Positions 9,404 to 17,854 of a stretch of 48,080 nucleotides of DNA are shown here, one piece after another; the first letter of the stretch is position 1, and every line of letters begins with the position of its first letter. Origin of the DNA: Bacteroidia bacterium (GTDB taxonomy: Bacteria > Bacteroidota > Bacteroidia > Palsa-965); the NCBI GenBank assembly GCA_035496135.1, contig DATJEX010000040.1, forward strand, positions 1-48,080, in the 5' to 3' direction. The notes under the pieces are model-generated. The model had not been told where the DNA came from. It was given only the letters and a program-made list of their open reading frames with translations, and made no database searches. A program made the translations under genes and the position numbers.

Positions 9404-9811
9404 ATGGATCGTCCAATTCGTGTTCTTGTTGCAAAAGTCGGCCTCGATGGCCATGATCGCGGCGCGAAAGTGATCGCTTCCTTTCTCCGTGATGCGGGAA
9501 TGGAAGTCATCTACACCGGCCTTCGTCAGACACCGGAGATGGTGGTGAACGCGGCGCTGCAGGAAGACGTGGATGTGATCGGTGTGAGCATTCTCTCCGG
9601 CGCACACATGACCGTTTTCCCGAAGATCATGAAACTGATGAAAGAAAAAGGCCTGAACGATGTGCTGCTCACCGGCGGCGGGATCATTCCCGATGCGGAT
9701 ATGAAAAAGCTGAATGAACTTGGTGTAGGAAAACTATTCCCTCCGGGAACGGATACGGGAAGTGTGGTGAGTTACATTTCTGAATTCGTGAAGGCGAATC
9801 GGAGAAATTAA
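9404..9811 (+). CDS. Cobalamin (B12)-binding domain protein, methylmalonyl-CoA mutase C-terminal-domain type
   Basis: [20 protein letters not shown] contains the DxHxxG B12-binding motif. The later SxL and GG motifs ([15 protein letters not shown]) are present. Confidence 0.85.
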   Translation: MDRPIRVLVAKVGLDGHDRGAKVIASFLRDAGMEVIYTGLRQTPEMVVNAALQEDVDVIGVSILSGAHMTVFPKIMKLMKEKGLNDVLLTGGGIIPDADMKKLNELGVGKLFPPGTDTGSVVSYISEFVKANRRN

Positions 9812-10503
9812 AAATTGACGACTTCCATCTCCGCATACTTCGCAGGTTGCAGGATCAGGTAATGCTGCATCACTTCAGTCGCCATGAGTTCACTTTCTTC
9901 TTTGAGTTCCATCAGGTTCATCAGTTGATCCCGGTATGACTTGATGAGTGAGTAGCGATCATTGAAATCCTTCAAGTCACTTGCATCCGCTTTTCCCCAC
10001 TGCATTTCATCCGGATATTTTTTCCGGAACACCATCAATAGATTGGTAAGACTATCGCATTTTGCGTTAAGCAGGTCAATGCTGCGCTGTTGTACGATCT
10101 CATTTGTTCTGCCGATAGACCGGCGTTCATCGCTCATGACATCATTTATCGCCTGGAACAATGTATCTGTCATGGCCACAACCCGATCCTCTTCCGCGTC
10201 ATAAACCTTCATTCTATAAGCGGATGAATCGGGCAACAGATCAATGGAAATATATTTTCGGCACCGGTCAAGATCTGAACTGTCGTGGGGCAATTTCATT
10301 CGTTTCAATGCGAGTGTAAGTGTGCTGTCGCCAAATGCAATTCGTTTGAGGTAAAGAAAGTCTTCCGGGGAATAAACATCTGTCGTTAAGCTGTCGGGAG
10401 ACTGTATGAACGTCATTTCCGCAAAATACATGCGCCGCCCGCTGCATGAGATAATAAGGCTGATAAAACAGGCCAGGAAAATCCGGAAGCAGACTCTTTT
10501 CAT
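9808..10503 (-). CDS. Hypothetical lipoprotein
   Basis: 231-aa ORF with a lipobox-like N-terminus ([14 protein letters not shown]). Its stop overlaps the stop of the convergent gene. Confidence 0.5.
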   Translation of the reverse strand: MKRVCFRIFLACFISLIISCSGRRMYFAEMTFIQSPDSLTTDVYSPEDFLYLKRIAFGDSTLTLALKRMKLPHDSSDLDRCRKYISIDLLPDSSAYRMKVYDAEEDRVVAMTDTLFQAINDVMSDERRSIGRTNEIVQQRSIDLLNAKCDSLTNLLMVFRKKYPDEMQWGKADASDLKDFNDRYSLIKSYRDQLMNLMELKEESELMATEVMQHYLILQPAKYAEMEVVNF

Positions 10504-10594
10504 AGTTCAGAACCGCCCCTAAAGTACAAAGTGGAACGATAGCGGTTCCTTTCATTGGTAAAACCTGCCATTCTCCAATTTATTTTCGCCAAAA

Positions 10595-10627
10595 TTTGCT
10601 TTGTACCGTTTTATGCAACTATATTTG
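10595..10627 (+). promoter_or_regulatory. Putative promoter: -33 TTTG (10595-10598) and -7 TATATTTG (10620-10627)
   Basis: Both Bacteroidota promoter elements are present with a 21-nt spacer. They lie 14 nt upstream of the first leader ATG. Confidence 0.5.
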
Positions 10628-10640
10628 TCCCCGGTAAACA

Positions 10641-10709
10641 ATGAACAATAACCAATTCCATACAACCAACGCGATGATGAACAGCATGTGCTGTATGATC
10701 GCGTATTGA
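10641..10709 (+). CDS. Putative leader peptide 1 (22 aa, MNNNQFHTTNAMMNSMCCMIAY)
   Basis: ATG..TGA mini-ORF. Six of the eight codons at 10674-10697 are Met or Cys. It is followed by the terminator at 10731-10766. Confidence 0.55.
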   Translation: MNNNQFHTTNAMMNSMCCMIAY

Positions 10710-10730
10710 CGGAATTGCCACTTGATAAAG

Positions 10731-10766
10731 AAGCTCTTCCGTTAACGCGGAGGAGCTTTTTTCTTT
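10731..10766 (+). terminator. Intrinsic terminator / attenuator 1
   Basis: 11-bp stem: aagctcttccg (10731-10741) pairs with cggaggagctt (10748-10758), with one G-U pair. Loop is 6 nt, followed by a TTTTTTCTTT tract. Confidence 0.7.
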
Positions 10767-10850
10767 GTCCGTCTTCGGTACACTTCGTTACTCAGCCTGA
10801 CAAAGAAAAAAACCAAACAAAGAATAACTGAAAAAGTAAAAGAGACCAAC

Positions 10851-10949
10851 ATGAGCATCCAAACAAACAACTTCCACTCTACTTCCATCTGTATGATGAT
10901 GTGTATGTGCTGCTGCATGAAAAGCGGCCCGGAGGTGAATTGTTGTTAG
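10851..10949 (+). CDS. Putative leader peptide 2 (32 aa, MSIQTNNFHSTSICMMMCMCCCMKSGPEVNCC)
   Basis: ATG..TAG mini-ORF with ten consecutive Cys/Met codons at 10890-10919 and two more Cys codons before the stop. Its N-terminus resembles leader 1 (NNFHSTS versus NQFHTTN). Confidence 0.6.
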   Translation: MSIQTNNFHSTSICMMMCMCCCMKSGPEVNCC

Positions 10950-10974
10950 CGTAAAATAAAATTGCGATGAACAA

Positions 10975-11006
10975 GTCCTCCAGGTAACACTCCGGAGGGC
11001 TTTTTT
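10975..11006 (+). terminator. Intrinsic terminator / attenuator 2
   Basis: Stem 10975-10984 pairs with 10992-11000 (7 bp, then 2 bp with one bulge). Loop is 7 nt, followed by TTTTTT at 11001-11006. Confidence 0.7.
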
Positions 11007-11039
11007 ATTGTCAGCCTTCGACAAGCTCAGTCTGACAAT
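11007..11039. repeat. Short palindromic repeat, TTGTCA..CTTCGACAnGCTCAG..TGACAA family (copy 2)
   Basis: attgtcagccttcgacaagctcagtctgacaat. Same family as 7974-8004. Confidence 0.7.
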
Positions 11040-11086
11040 AAAAAACAGAAGAAACCAAAAAACAAAGCAACATAAGCAACCAACCT

Positions 11087-13252
11087 ATGAACAGCTTCAG
11101 AACAGAATTGGAAAATACATCAACAGCAACTACGCTCGTTGAAAAAGATATCATCGACCTGGCTCAGAAGATCGAGCGCTATAAAAACGGAACCATCGAT
11201 CCGGAAAAATTCCGGAGCCTTCGATTGGCGCGCGGCGTTTACGGACAACGTCAGCAGGGTGTACAGATGGTGCGCATCAAAGTTCCGTATGGAAAGATCT
11301 CTGCCGATCAATTGCGCCGCATCGCGGATATCTCCGATGAATATTCGAACGGCAATCTTCATCTCACCACGCGGCAGGATATTCAGCTGCATCACATTCC
11401 GCTCGATGATACTCCCGCGTTGTGGGAAAAACTCGAAGCAGGATATGAGAACGACGGAATTACTTTGCGCGAAGCCTGCGGAAATACCGTGAGAAATGTC
11501 ACCGCATCTCCGCAAGCCGGGATCGATCCGGAAGAACCGTTCGATGTTACTCCGTATGCCGATGCGCTCTTCCGTTATTTTCTCCGTCACCCTGTAGGAC
11601 AGGACATGGGCCGCAAGATCAAGATCGCATTCTCTTCTTCGGAAAGTGATACGGCGTTTGTCTTCATTCACGACCTCGGATTTATTCCCCGTGTTGAGAT
11701 TGTGAATGGTAAAATTGTCCGCGGATTCAAAGTCGTTATCGGTGGTGGGCTCGGCGCGCAGCCCTTTCTTGCGCAAACCGCTTTTGAATTCCTGGGTGTG
11801 GATGAATTCATTCCGTTCACCGAATCCATCCTGCGAGTCTTCGATCGTCATGGAGAACGGAACAACCGTAACAAAGCGCGGCTGAAATATTTGCTGAATA
11901 AGATCGGGCTGGAAGAATTGTTGAAACTCGTCTCAGAAGAGCGTAAAGCCATTTCATACAAACCGGAATTTCCCGAACAGCCGTCAGCTTCACTCGAAAA
12001 ACAGGAGAATGTCTTCACCACTTTCCGCGTCACCGGAAGTGAAACGTATGATGCGTGGCTGAAAGCAAATGTGTACGAGCAGAAACAGAAAAACTGGTTT
12101 GCAGTAAATGTGAAGATCGCGCAGGGAAATATTTCTTCTGTCGACGCCCGCAAATTCGCGACTGTCGTTGAACGTTATTCCAAAGACGAATTGCGCATCA
12201 CCGCCGGTCAAAGTTTTTTCATCCGCTTCGTTCCGAGAAATGCTTTGCCTGCGCTCTTTCATGAATTGAAGAATATCGGCCTGGCGGAAACCGGCGCGAA
12301 TGCATTCGCAGATATTACGTCATGCCCGGGCACAGATACGTGCAATCTCGGGATCTCCAACAGCACCGGCGTTTCAGCCGAACTGGAAAAAGTGATCCGT
12401 AACGAATTTCCGGAATTGATCGCAGAGAAAAATATCGCTGTCAAAATTTCCGGCTGCATGAATTCCTGCGGACAACACGGACTCGCGCAGATCGGTTTTC
12501 ACGGTAGTTCGGTGAAGGCGGGAAACAATGTCGTTCCAGCGCTGCAACTTGTTCTTGGCGGCGGAGCAACAGGAAGTGGAAGTGGGCGGGTCGCCGAAAA
12601 AGTGATCAAGTTCCCGAGCAAACGTGCCCCGGCTATTCTTCGGTTCATTCTACTGGATTACAAAAATGCAGCGAATGAAAATGAATCGTTCAATGCTTAC
12701 TACGACCGCAAAGGGAAAAATCATTTTTATCAATTGCTCAAACCATTGGCCGACACGAACACGATCGAAGATCACGAGCTCATCGACTGGAACCAGGAAA
12801 CAAAATTCGAGACGGCGATCGGTGTGGGCGAATGCGCGGGCGTGAAAGTGGACCTGGTGTCCACCTTGCTCCTTGATGCGGAAGAAGCGTTGTCATTCGC
12901 GAAACAGAATTTCTCAGAAAAGAAATTCGGAGATGCCGCTTATAAAGCATACAACACGTTCATTCAGTCGGCGAAAGCATTGCTGTTGCTGAAAGAATTA
13001 CCCGTGAACACACAGCACACGCTCATCAGCGATTTTGATACGCATTTCGTTCAGACAGGATCATTCTATTTGCCGAACAGTTTCCGTGAACATGTTTTGC
13101 GCATCAATAAACAGGAAGCAGATGAATTATTCACGCTGAATTATCTCGCCGATGCAGAATCATTTTTCAGTCAATCCAAACATTATCATCAGCAACATCA
13201 TGAAAAACAAGAAGAAACTCCTGAGCTTGTCGAAGGGCTCATCCTCAACTAA
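11087..13252 (+). CDS. Assimilatory sulfite reductase, ferredoxin-type (NirA/Sir family) siroheme-[4Fe-4S] hemoprotein with a C-terminal extension
   Basis: Nitrite/sulfite reductase pattern with the cluster/siroheme cysteines CPGTDTC and CMNSC. It sits in an operon with cobA, siroheme synthase and cysH. Confidence 0.85.
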   Translation: MNSFRTELENTSTATTLVEKDIIDLAQKIERYKNGTIDPEKFRSLRLARGVYGQRQQGVQMVRIKVPYGKISADQLRRIADISDEYSNGNLHLTTRQDIQLHHIPLDDTPALWEKLEAGYENDGITLREACGNTVRNVTASPQAGIDPEEPFDVTPYADALFRYFLRHPVGQDMGRKIKIAFSSSESDTAFVFIHDLGFIPRVEIVNGKIVRGFKVVIGGGLGAQPFLAQTAFEFLGVDEFIPFTESILRVFDRHGERNNRNKARLKYLLNKIGLEELLKLVSEERKAISYKPEFPEQPSASLEKQENVFTTFRVTGSETYDAWLKANVYEQKQKNWFAVNVKIAQGNISSVDARKFATVVERYSKDELRITAGQSFFIRFVPRNALPALFHELKNIGLAETGANAFADITSCPGTDTCNLGISNSTGVSAELEKVIRNEFPELIAEKNIAVKISGCMNSCGQHGLAQIGFHGSSVKAGNNVVPALQLVLGGGATGSGSGRVAEKVIKFPSKRAPAILRFILLDYKNAANENESFNAYYDRKGKNHFYQLLKPLADTNTIEDHELIDWNQETKFETAIGVGECAGVKVDLVSTLLLDAEEALSFAKQNFSEKKFGDAAYKAYNTFIQSAKALLLLKELPVNTQHTLISDFDTHFVQTGSFYLPNSFREHVLRINKQEADELFTLNYLADAESFFSQSKHYHQQHHEKQEETPELVEGLILN

Positions 13253-13334
13253 CATCCCGACTCCCCTCGATGCGGCAAAGAGAGAAACCATCCAGGCCTT
13301 GTTCCGTCGATGTTGGTTACGACTGCGGGCGCGT

Positions 13335-13364
13335 GGTAGGGACACGAAGCTTCGTGTCCCTACC
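13335..13364. repeat. Perfect 30-nt palindrome GGTAGGGACACGAAGCTTCGTGTCCCTACC
   Basis: 13-bp stem with a 4-nt AGCT centre and no following T-tract. It lies between the sulfite reductase gene and cobA. Confidence 0.85.
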
Positions 13365-13431
13365 AATGCCTGGGACCGTTTCTGATCAACATTACCTATT
13401 TCTCACTACTCAATACTAACTACTCATTACC

Positions 13432-14199
13432 ATGAAAAATATACAACCAAGGATCACACTCGTCGGCGCAGGTCCCGGCGATGCAGAACTCATCACACTC
13501 AAAGGCATCAACGCGCTCGGTGAAGCGGATGTCATTCTTTACGACGCACTCGTGAATGAAGAATTGCTGAAATACGCTCCTTACGATTCGAAAAAAATAT
13601 TCGTCGGAAAAAGAGATGGCCAGCATTCTTTCACGCAGGAGCAGATCAACACACTGCTCGTCGACTACGCGTTCACGCACGGACACGTCGTGCGGCTGAA
13701 AGGCGGGGATCCGTTTGTCTTCGGCCGTGGACTCGAAGAACTGGAATTCGCCGAATCGTTCAACATTCCCGTGGGATGGATCCCGGGAATCTCCAGTTCC
13801 ATTGGTGTTCCGGCTTCGCAGGGAATTCCGGTCACACATCGCGGTATCAGCGAAAGTTTCTGGGTGCTCACCGGAAGAAATTCCGAAGGGAAAGTTCCGG
13901 AAGATGTGAAACTCGCTGCACAATCGGAAGCAACAGCTGTCATTCTCATGGGCCTGAAAAAACTTCCCGAGATCGTGAAGATCTACCAGCAACATGGAAA
14001 AGGAAATCTTCCTGTTGCCGTGATCCAGGATGGAACTTTGCCAACAGAAAATGCGGCCATCGGTTCCATCGACACGATCGAAGAAGCGGTGAAGCAGGAG
14101 AACATCAAAGCTCCGGCTGTGATCGTCATCGGAGAAGTCGTACGCAAAAATCCGAGGGCGGCATTCCTGCTCTCCCTCGAGAATCAATTGCTGAACTGA
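13432..14199 (+). CDS. cobA: Uroporphyrinogen-III C-methyltransferase (SUMT)
   Basis: N-terminal VGAGPGDAELITLKG and GGDPFVFGRG motifs of the tetrapyrrole methylase family. Length is 255 aa. Confidence 0.9.
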   Translation: MKNIQPRITLVGAGPGDAELITLKGINALGEADVILYDALVNEELLKYAPYDSKKIFVGKRDGQHSFTQEQINTLLVDYAFTHGHVVRLKGGDPFVFGRGLEELEFAESFNIPVGWIPGISSSIGVPASQGIPVTHRGISESFWVLTGRNSEGKVPEDVKLAAQSEATAVILMGLKKLPEIVKIYQQHGKGNLPVAVIQDGTLPTENAAIGSIDTIEEAVKQENIKAPAVIVIGEVVRKNPRAAFLLSLENQLLN

Positions 14200-14249
14200 T
14201 CAGGCAAAACGGTTTTGGCCTGTGTCAACAACGGAACTCCTGTCTCACG

Positions 14250-15827
14250 ATGGGAGTTCCGCTCACTGAAATAAACGTAATTCATAAGGGAAAAAAGGTG
14301 AATTTTGTACTCGAAAAAAACGGACTCCTGGAAACCAAGGAAACGGATACCGACAGCAATGAATTATTCCCGGTCTTTCTGAAACTGGATGAATTGCGCG
14401 TGCTTATTATCGGCGGAGGAAATGTGGCGCTCGAAAAACTGCAGGCGATACTTTCCAACAGTCCGTCCACCGAGATCACGCTCGTTGGTAAAGAGATCCG
14501 GAAAGAGATCGTTGATATTTCCCGTGAATTCACCAACCTCATTATTTTCGAACGCGAAGTTGCGCCGAATGATTTTGAAGAGATCGATGTCGTGTTCATC
14601 GCGGTGAATGATTTCGGTCTTTCGGAAGAACTGGCGGAAGAAGCGCACAGCAGGAACCTGCTCGTGAATGTGGCTGATACTCCCGCGTTGTGTGATTTCT
14701 ATCTTTCTTCCGTCGTACGTAAAGGAGATCTGAAGATCGCCATTTCCACCAATGGAAAATCGCCGACACTGGCGAAACGCCTGCGTGAAGTTCTGCAGGA
14801 AAGTATCCCGGAAGAAACGCAGGATTCCATTGAGCAACTGAATAAACTGAGAACTACGCTCAAAGGAGATTTCGCCGAAAAAGTGAAAGAGCTCAATAAA
14901 GCGACGGCGATCCTGCTCGAACGGAAAGACAAGAAAAAAGTTTTTCGCAAGAGAGTGCGCATGGCGATCCTGTATTCACTTTCCGTGCTCTCGCTTCTCG
15001 TGACAGGACACTTACTCTTCACGTACATTCCATTCCACACGATCGGCGATGCAACCACAACTTTTTTCACGCAATTCGATTCAAAGATCCTGCTGTGGAT
15101 CCTCGGCGGGTTCATCGCGCAGATGATCGACGGTGCGTTGGGAATGGCGTATGGTGTGAGTGCAAGTACTTTTCTCCTCGCTTTCGGAATTTCTCCCGCG
15201 ATCGCGAGTGCGAGCATGCACGCATCTGAAGTTTTCACCAGCGGAACATCTTCGCTTTATTACCTCCGTTATAAAAATATCAACCTGAAATTATTCCGGA
15301 ACCTATTTATTCCGGGAGCGATCGGCGCCGTGATCGGTGCGGTGACGTTGTCGTTATTGAAACAATACATGATCTACGTTAAACCATTCGTCGCGGCCTA
15401 CACGCTTATTCTTGGAGTGCTCATTCTCCGGAAAGCTTTGAAGAACCGAATCATCCGCAAAAAGAAATTCAACAACATCTGGCCACTCGCTGCAACAGGA
15501 GGATTTCTCGATGCGGCCGGCGGTGGCGGATGGGGACCGATCGTTACGTCAACACTGGTTGCAGGCGGAAGAGATCTTCGTTACACCATCGGCTCGGCAC
15601 ATGCCGCAAGAACATTCGTCGCGTTGATGGCAACATTGACGTACACTTTTCTTCTTGGCCTTTCTCATTGGGAAGTGATCGTCGGTTTGGTGATCGGCGC
15701 GATGATCGCTGCTCCGATCTCCGTCTGGCTTTCCACTAAGATTTCTGTCCGCAACGGATTGATCCTTGTCGGATTTCTTGTCATCATCATCAGTCTTAAA
15801 ATTATCATCGGAACTTTCATTCCATGA
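14250..15827 (+). CDS. Fusion protein: siroheme synthase N-terminal domain (precorrin-2 dehydrogenase / sirohydrochlorin ferrochelatase) fused to a TauE/SafE (TSUP, DUF81) anion permease
   Basis: N-terminal half has FPVFLKL..RVLIIGGGNVALEK and NVADTPALCDF..IAISTNGKSPTLAKRLR. C-terminal half has about 7-8 TM segments with Gly-rich DUF81-type motifs. Start set at the first ATG after the cobA stop; the ORF-track start at 13776 overlaps cobA out of frame. Confidence 0.75.
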   Translation: MGVPLTEINVIHKGKKVNFVLEKNGLLETKETDTDSNELFPVFLKLDELRVLIIGGGNVALEKLQAILSNSPSTEITLVGKEIRKEIVDISREFTNLIIFEREVAPNDFEEIDVVFIAVNDFGLSEELAEEAHSRNLLVNVADTPALCDFYLSSVVRKGDLKIAISTNGKSPTLAKRLREVLQESIPEETQDSIEQLNKLRTTLKGDFAEKVKELNKATAILLERKDKKKVFRKRVRMAILYSLSVLSLLVTGHLLFTYIPFHTIGDATTTFFTQFDSKILLWILGGFIAQMIDGALGMAYGVSASTFLLAFGISPAIASASMHASEVFTSGTSSLYYLRYKNINLKLFRNLFIPGAIGAVIGAVTLSLLKQYMIYVKPFVAAYTLILGVLILRKALKNRIIRKKKFNNIWPLAATGGFLDAAGGGGWGPIVTSTLVAGGRDLRYTIGSAHAARTFVALMATLTYTFLLGLSHWEVIVGLVIGAMIAAPISVWLSTKISVRNGLILVGFLVIIISLKIIIGTFIP

Positions 15828-16471
15828 ACATAGAAGAGCTGAACATAAAATATACTGCGTTGCGTCCGGAAGAACGGGTTAAGGAATTGTACAAAGATTT
15901 CAGCAAGATCCTTTTCACTTCTTCGTTCGGAACTACGTCTGCTATTCTCATTCATCTCTTCAGCAAAATAAATCCTGCGCAGAAAATATTCTTCCTCGAT
16001 ACCACTTATCATTTCGCCGAAACGATTCAATACAAGGATCAACTAACGGAATTATTTCACCTGAATGTGGAAACTGTTCTGCCGGAAGACTGGAAGAACA
16101 GTTTCACGCGCGAAGATCAAACCTGGTCGAAAGATCCTGATCTCTGCTGTTCCATCAATAAAGTGGAGCCGCTCGACAAAATAAAACCCGGTTACGGGAT
16201 CTGGGTTTCGGGCCTGATGCAATCGCAGAATTCGTACCGGAAGAAAATGAACATCTTCGAGGAAAAGGAAGGCATCATCAAATTCTACCCGATCATCGAC
16301 ATGACGTCCGAACAGGCGAGTGATTACATCAAGCAGAATAGTTTGCCCGCGCATCCGCTTCTCGCGCACGGATTCGCTTCGGTCGGTTGCATTCATTGCA
16401 CCGTGAAAGGAAGAGGCCGTGAAGGAAGATGGGTGAACAGGAATAAAACGGAGTGTGGATTACATCTTTAG
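15824..16471 (+). CDS. cysH: Adenylyl-sulfate / phosphoadenylyl-sulfate reductase (thioredoxin-dependent), Fe-S cluster type
   Basis: C-terminal catalytic ECGLH motif. The CC (DLCCSINK) and CxxC (GCIHC) pairs are characteristic of APS-type reductases. The start overlaps the upstream stop as ATGA. Confidence 0.88.
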   Translation: MNIEELNIKYTALRPEERVKELYKDFSKILFTSSFGTTSAILIHLFSKINPAQKIFFLDTTYHFAETIQYKDQLTELFHLNVETVLPEDWKNSFTREDQTWSKDPDLCCSINKVEPLDKIKPGYGIWVSGLMQSQNSYRKKMNIFEEKEGIIKFYPIIDMTSEQASDYIKQNSLPAHPLLAHGFASVGCIHCTVKGRGREGRWVNRNKTECGLHL

Positions 16472-16603
16472 TACGAACTACGAAATGGGCGAATATGCGA
16501 AATACAGATATACAAATGATGCGAAATGCGGAAGATCGACCAGTATCTTTGCGTCTCTTCGCGATTTCGTATTTAGCGTATTCGCCCATTTCGTAGTTCG
16601 TAC
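16471..16603. repeat. Long intergenic hairpin element, GTACGAACTACGAAAT-terminus family
   Basis: 35-nt arms at 16471-16505 and 16569-16603 are reverse-complementary: about 25 perfect bp plus imperfect pairs. Inner segments pair further. Confidence 0.8.
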
Positions 16604-16626
16604 AACAGCATTTACAAATATCAATT

Positions 16627-17850
16627 ATGAAAGACAATAAAATCAAAGTCGCGCTCTTCGGATTCGGATGTGTAGGACAAGGGCTGTACGATGTACTTAA
16701 TCATTCCGAAGTGCTGCAGGCGGATATCAGTAAGATCTGCGTGAAGGATCCGTCGAAGAAGAGAACGGTGGAAGCAGGACTCATCACGTTCGACAAGAAT
16801 GATATCCTGGACCGAAACGATCTGGATGTAGTAGTGGAAATGATCAACGACACCGAGGAAGCTTTCGCTATTGTGAAACGCGCGATGCAGAACAATACTT
16901 CCGTGGTGAGTGCGAGCAAAAAAATGCTGGCGACTTACTTCGAGGAATTGTATCATTTGCAACTTGAGCACAATGTCGCGCTGATCTACGAAGGTTCGGC
17001 CGGTGGAAGTATTCCGATCATCCGCACGCTCGAGGAATATTATGACAATGAGTTGCTCAGTTCTTTGCGCGGAATTCTGAACGGAACGACAAATTACATT
17101 CTCACGAGAATGGAACTGGAGAGCAAAGACTACAGTGAAATTCTGAAAGACGCACAGACGAATGGTTTCGCGGAAATAGATCCATGGCTCGACGTCGCCG
17201 GATTCGACACGCTTTATAAATTGTGTCTGCTCAGCGTTCACGCGTTCGGTGTGATCCTCAAACCGGATTCTGTGCTCACACTCGGAATTCAGAATGTGAC
17301 ATTCAACGACATTCGTTACGCGAGAGAAAAAGGATTGCGCATCAAACTCGTGGCGAGTGCTGCGAAAGTCGGAGACTCCGAAGGAGCGGGCAAATTCCGC
17401 GTTTATGTGATGCCGCGTTTTGTAAGTCCTAAAGATGAACTCTTCAAAGTGCTTTACGAATACAATGGCATCGAAGTAGAAGGAGCATTCTCCTGCACGC
17501 AGACGTTTACCGGCAAAGGCGCAGGAAGTCATCCAACCGGAAGCGCGGTGCTCTCCGATATTTCAGCACTCACGTACGATTACAAATATTCCTACAAGAA
17601 ACTGAAGAAGCTGAAGAATACGCTCGGTGCGAATTACAGCGGAGAAGCGTTGCTCGATACAGATTTCACCATCCGCGTTTACATCCGCTACAACACCGAA
17701 GCGGAGTTGAAGGATTTCGACATCAAACATGTGGTGGAAGAATACCGTTCACCGGGAATGAATTTCATCATTGCAGATGTGGCGTTTGCTTCGCTGTACA
17801 AACAGAAGGGGAATAAGGAGTCGAAGGTGTTTGTGTGTGAAGTAGAGTGA
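16627..17850 (+). CDS. hom: Homoserine dehydrogenase
   Basis: NAD-binding N-terminus (KVALFGFGCVGQG) and the GILNGTTNYILT motif. Length is 407 aa, with an ACT-like tail. Confidence 0.88.
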   Translation: MKDNKIKVALFGFGCVGQGLYDVLNHSEVLQADISKICVKDPSKKRTVEAGLITFDKNDILDRNDLDVVVEMINDTEEAFAIVKRAMQNNTSVVSASKKMLATYFEELYHLQLEHNVALIYEGSAGGSIPIIRTLEEYYDNELLSSLRGILNGTTNYILTRMELESKDYSEILKDAQTNGFAEIDPWLDVAGFDTLYKLCLLSVHAFGVILKPDSVLTLGIQNVTFNDIRYAREKGLRIKLVASAAKVGDSEGAGKFRVYVMPRFVSPKDELFKVLYEYNGIEVEGAFSCTQTFTGKGAGSHPTGSAVLSDISALTYDYKYSYKKLKKLKNTLGANYSGEALLDTDFTIRVYIRYNTEAELKDFDIKHVVEEYRSPGMNFIIADVAFASLYKQKGNKESKVFVCEVE

Positions 17851-17854
17851 TCGC

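Noticed and set aside
10641-10949. The two Cys-rich mini-ORFs could be RiPP or bacteriocin precursors, or metallothionein-like peptides.
   Set aside because: No maturation, export or immunity genes are adjacent. Each ORF is followed within about 25 nt by a terminator whose arms can pair with sequences at the ORF end. The downstream operon makes the very amino acids that are over-represented. This remains the alternative to exclude experimentally.
11120-11851. Long antisense ORFs mirror real genes: 11120-11851(-), 13420-14187(-), 16621-17532(-), 23938-24669(+), 25829-26452(-), 30510-31175(+) and 35176-35832(-).
   Set aside because: Each lies fully inside a well-supported gene on the opposite strand and has no recognisable motifs. 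Their composition is skewed (R/F/H/C-rich), which is typical of shadow ORFs.
13776-14249. The ORF track extends the siroheme-synthase::TauE ORF upstream to 13776, giving 683 aa.
   Set aside because: That 5' part overlaps cobA in a different frame and translates to low-complexity R/S/G-rich sequence. The recognisable siroheme-synthase domain begins after the ATG at 14250, downstream of the cobA stop.
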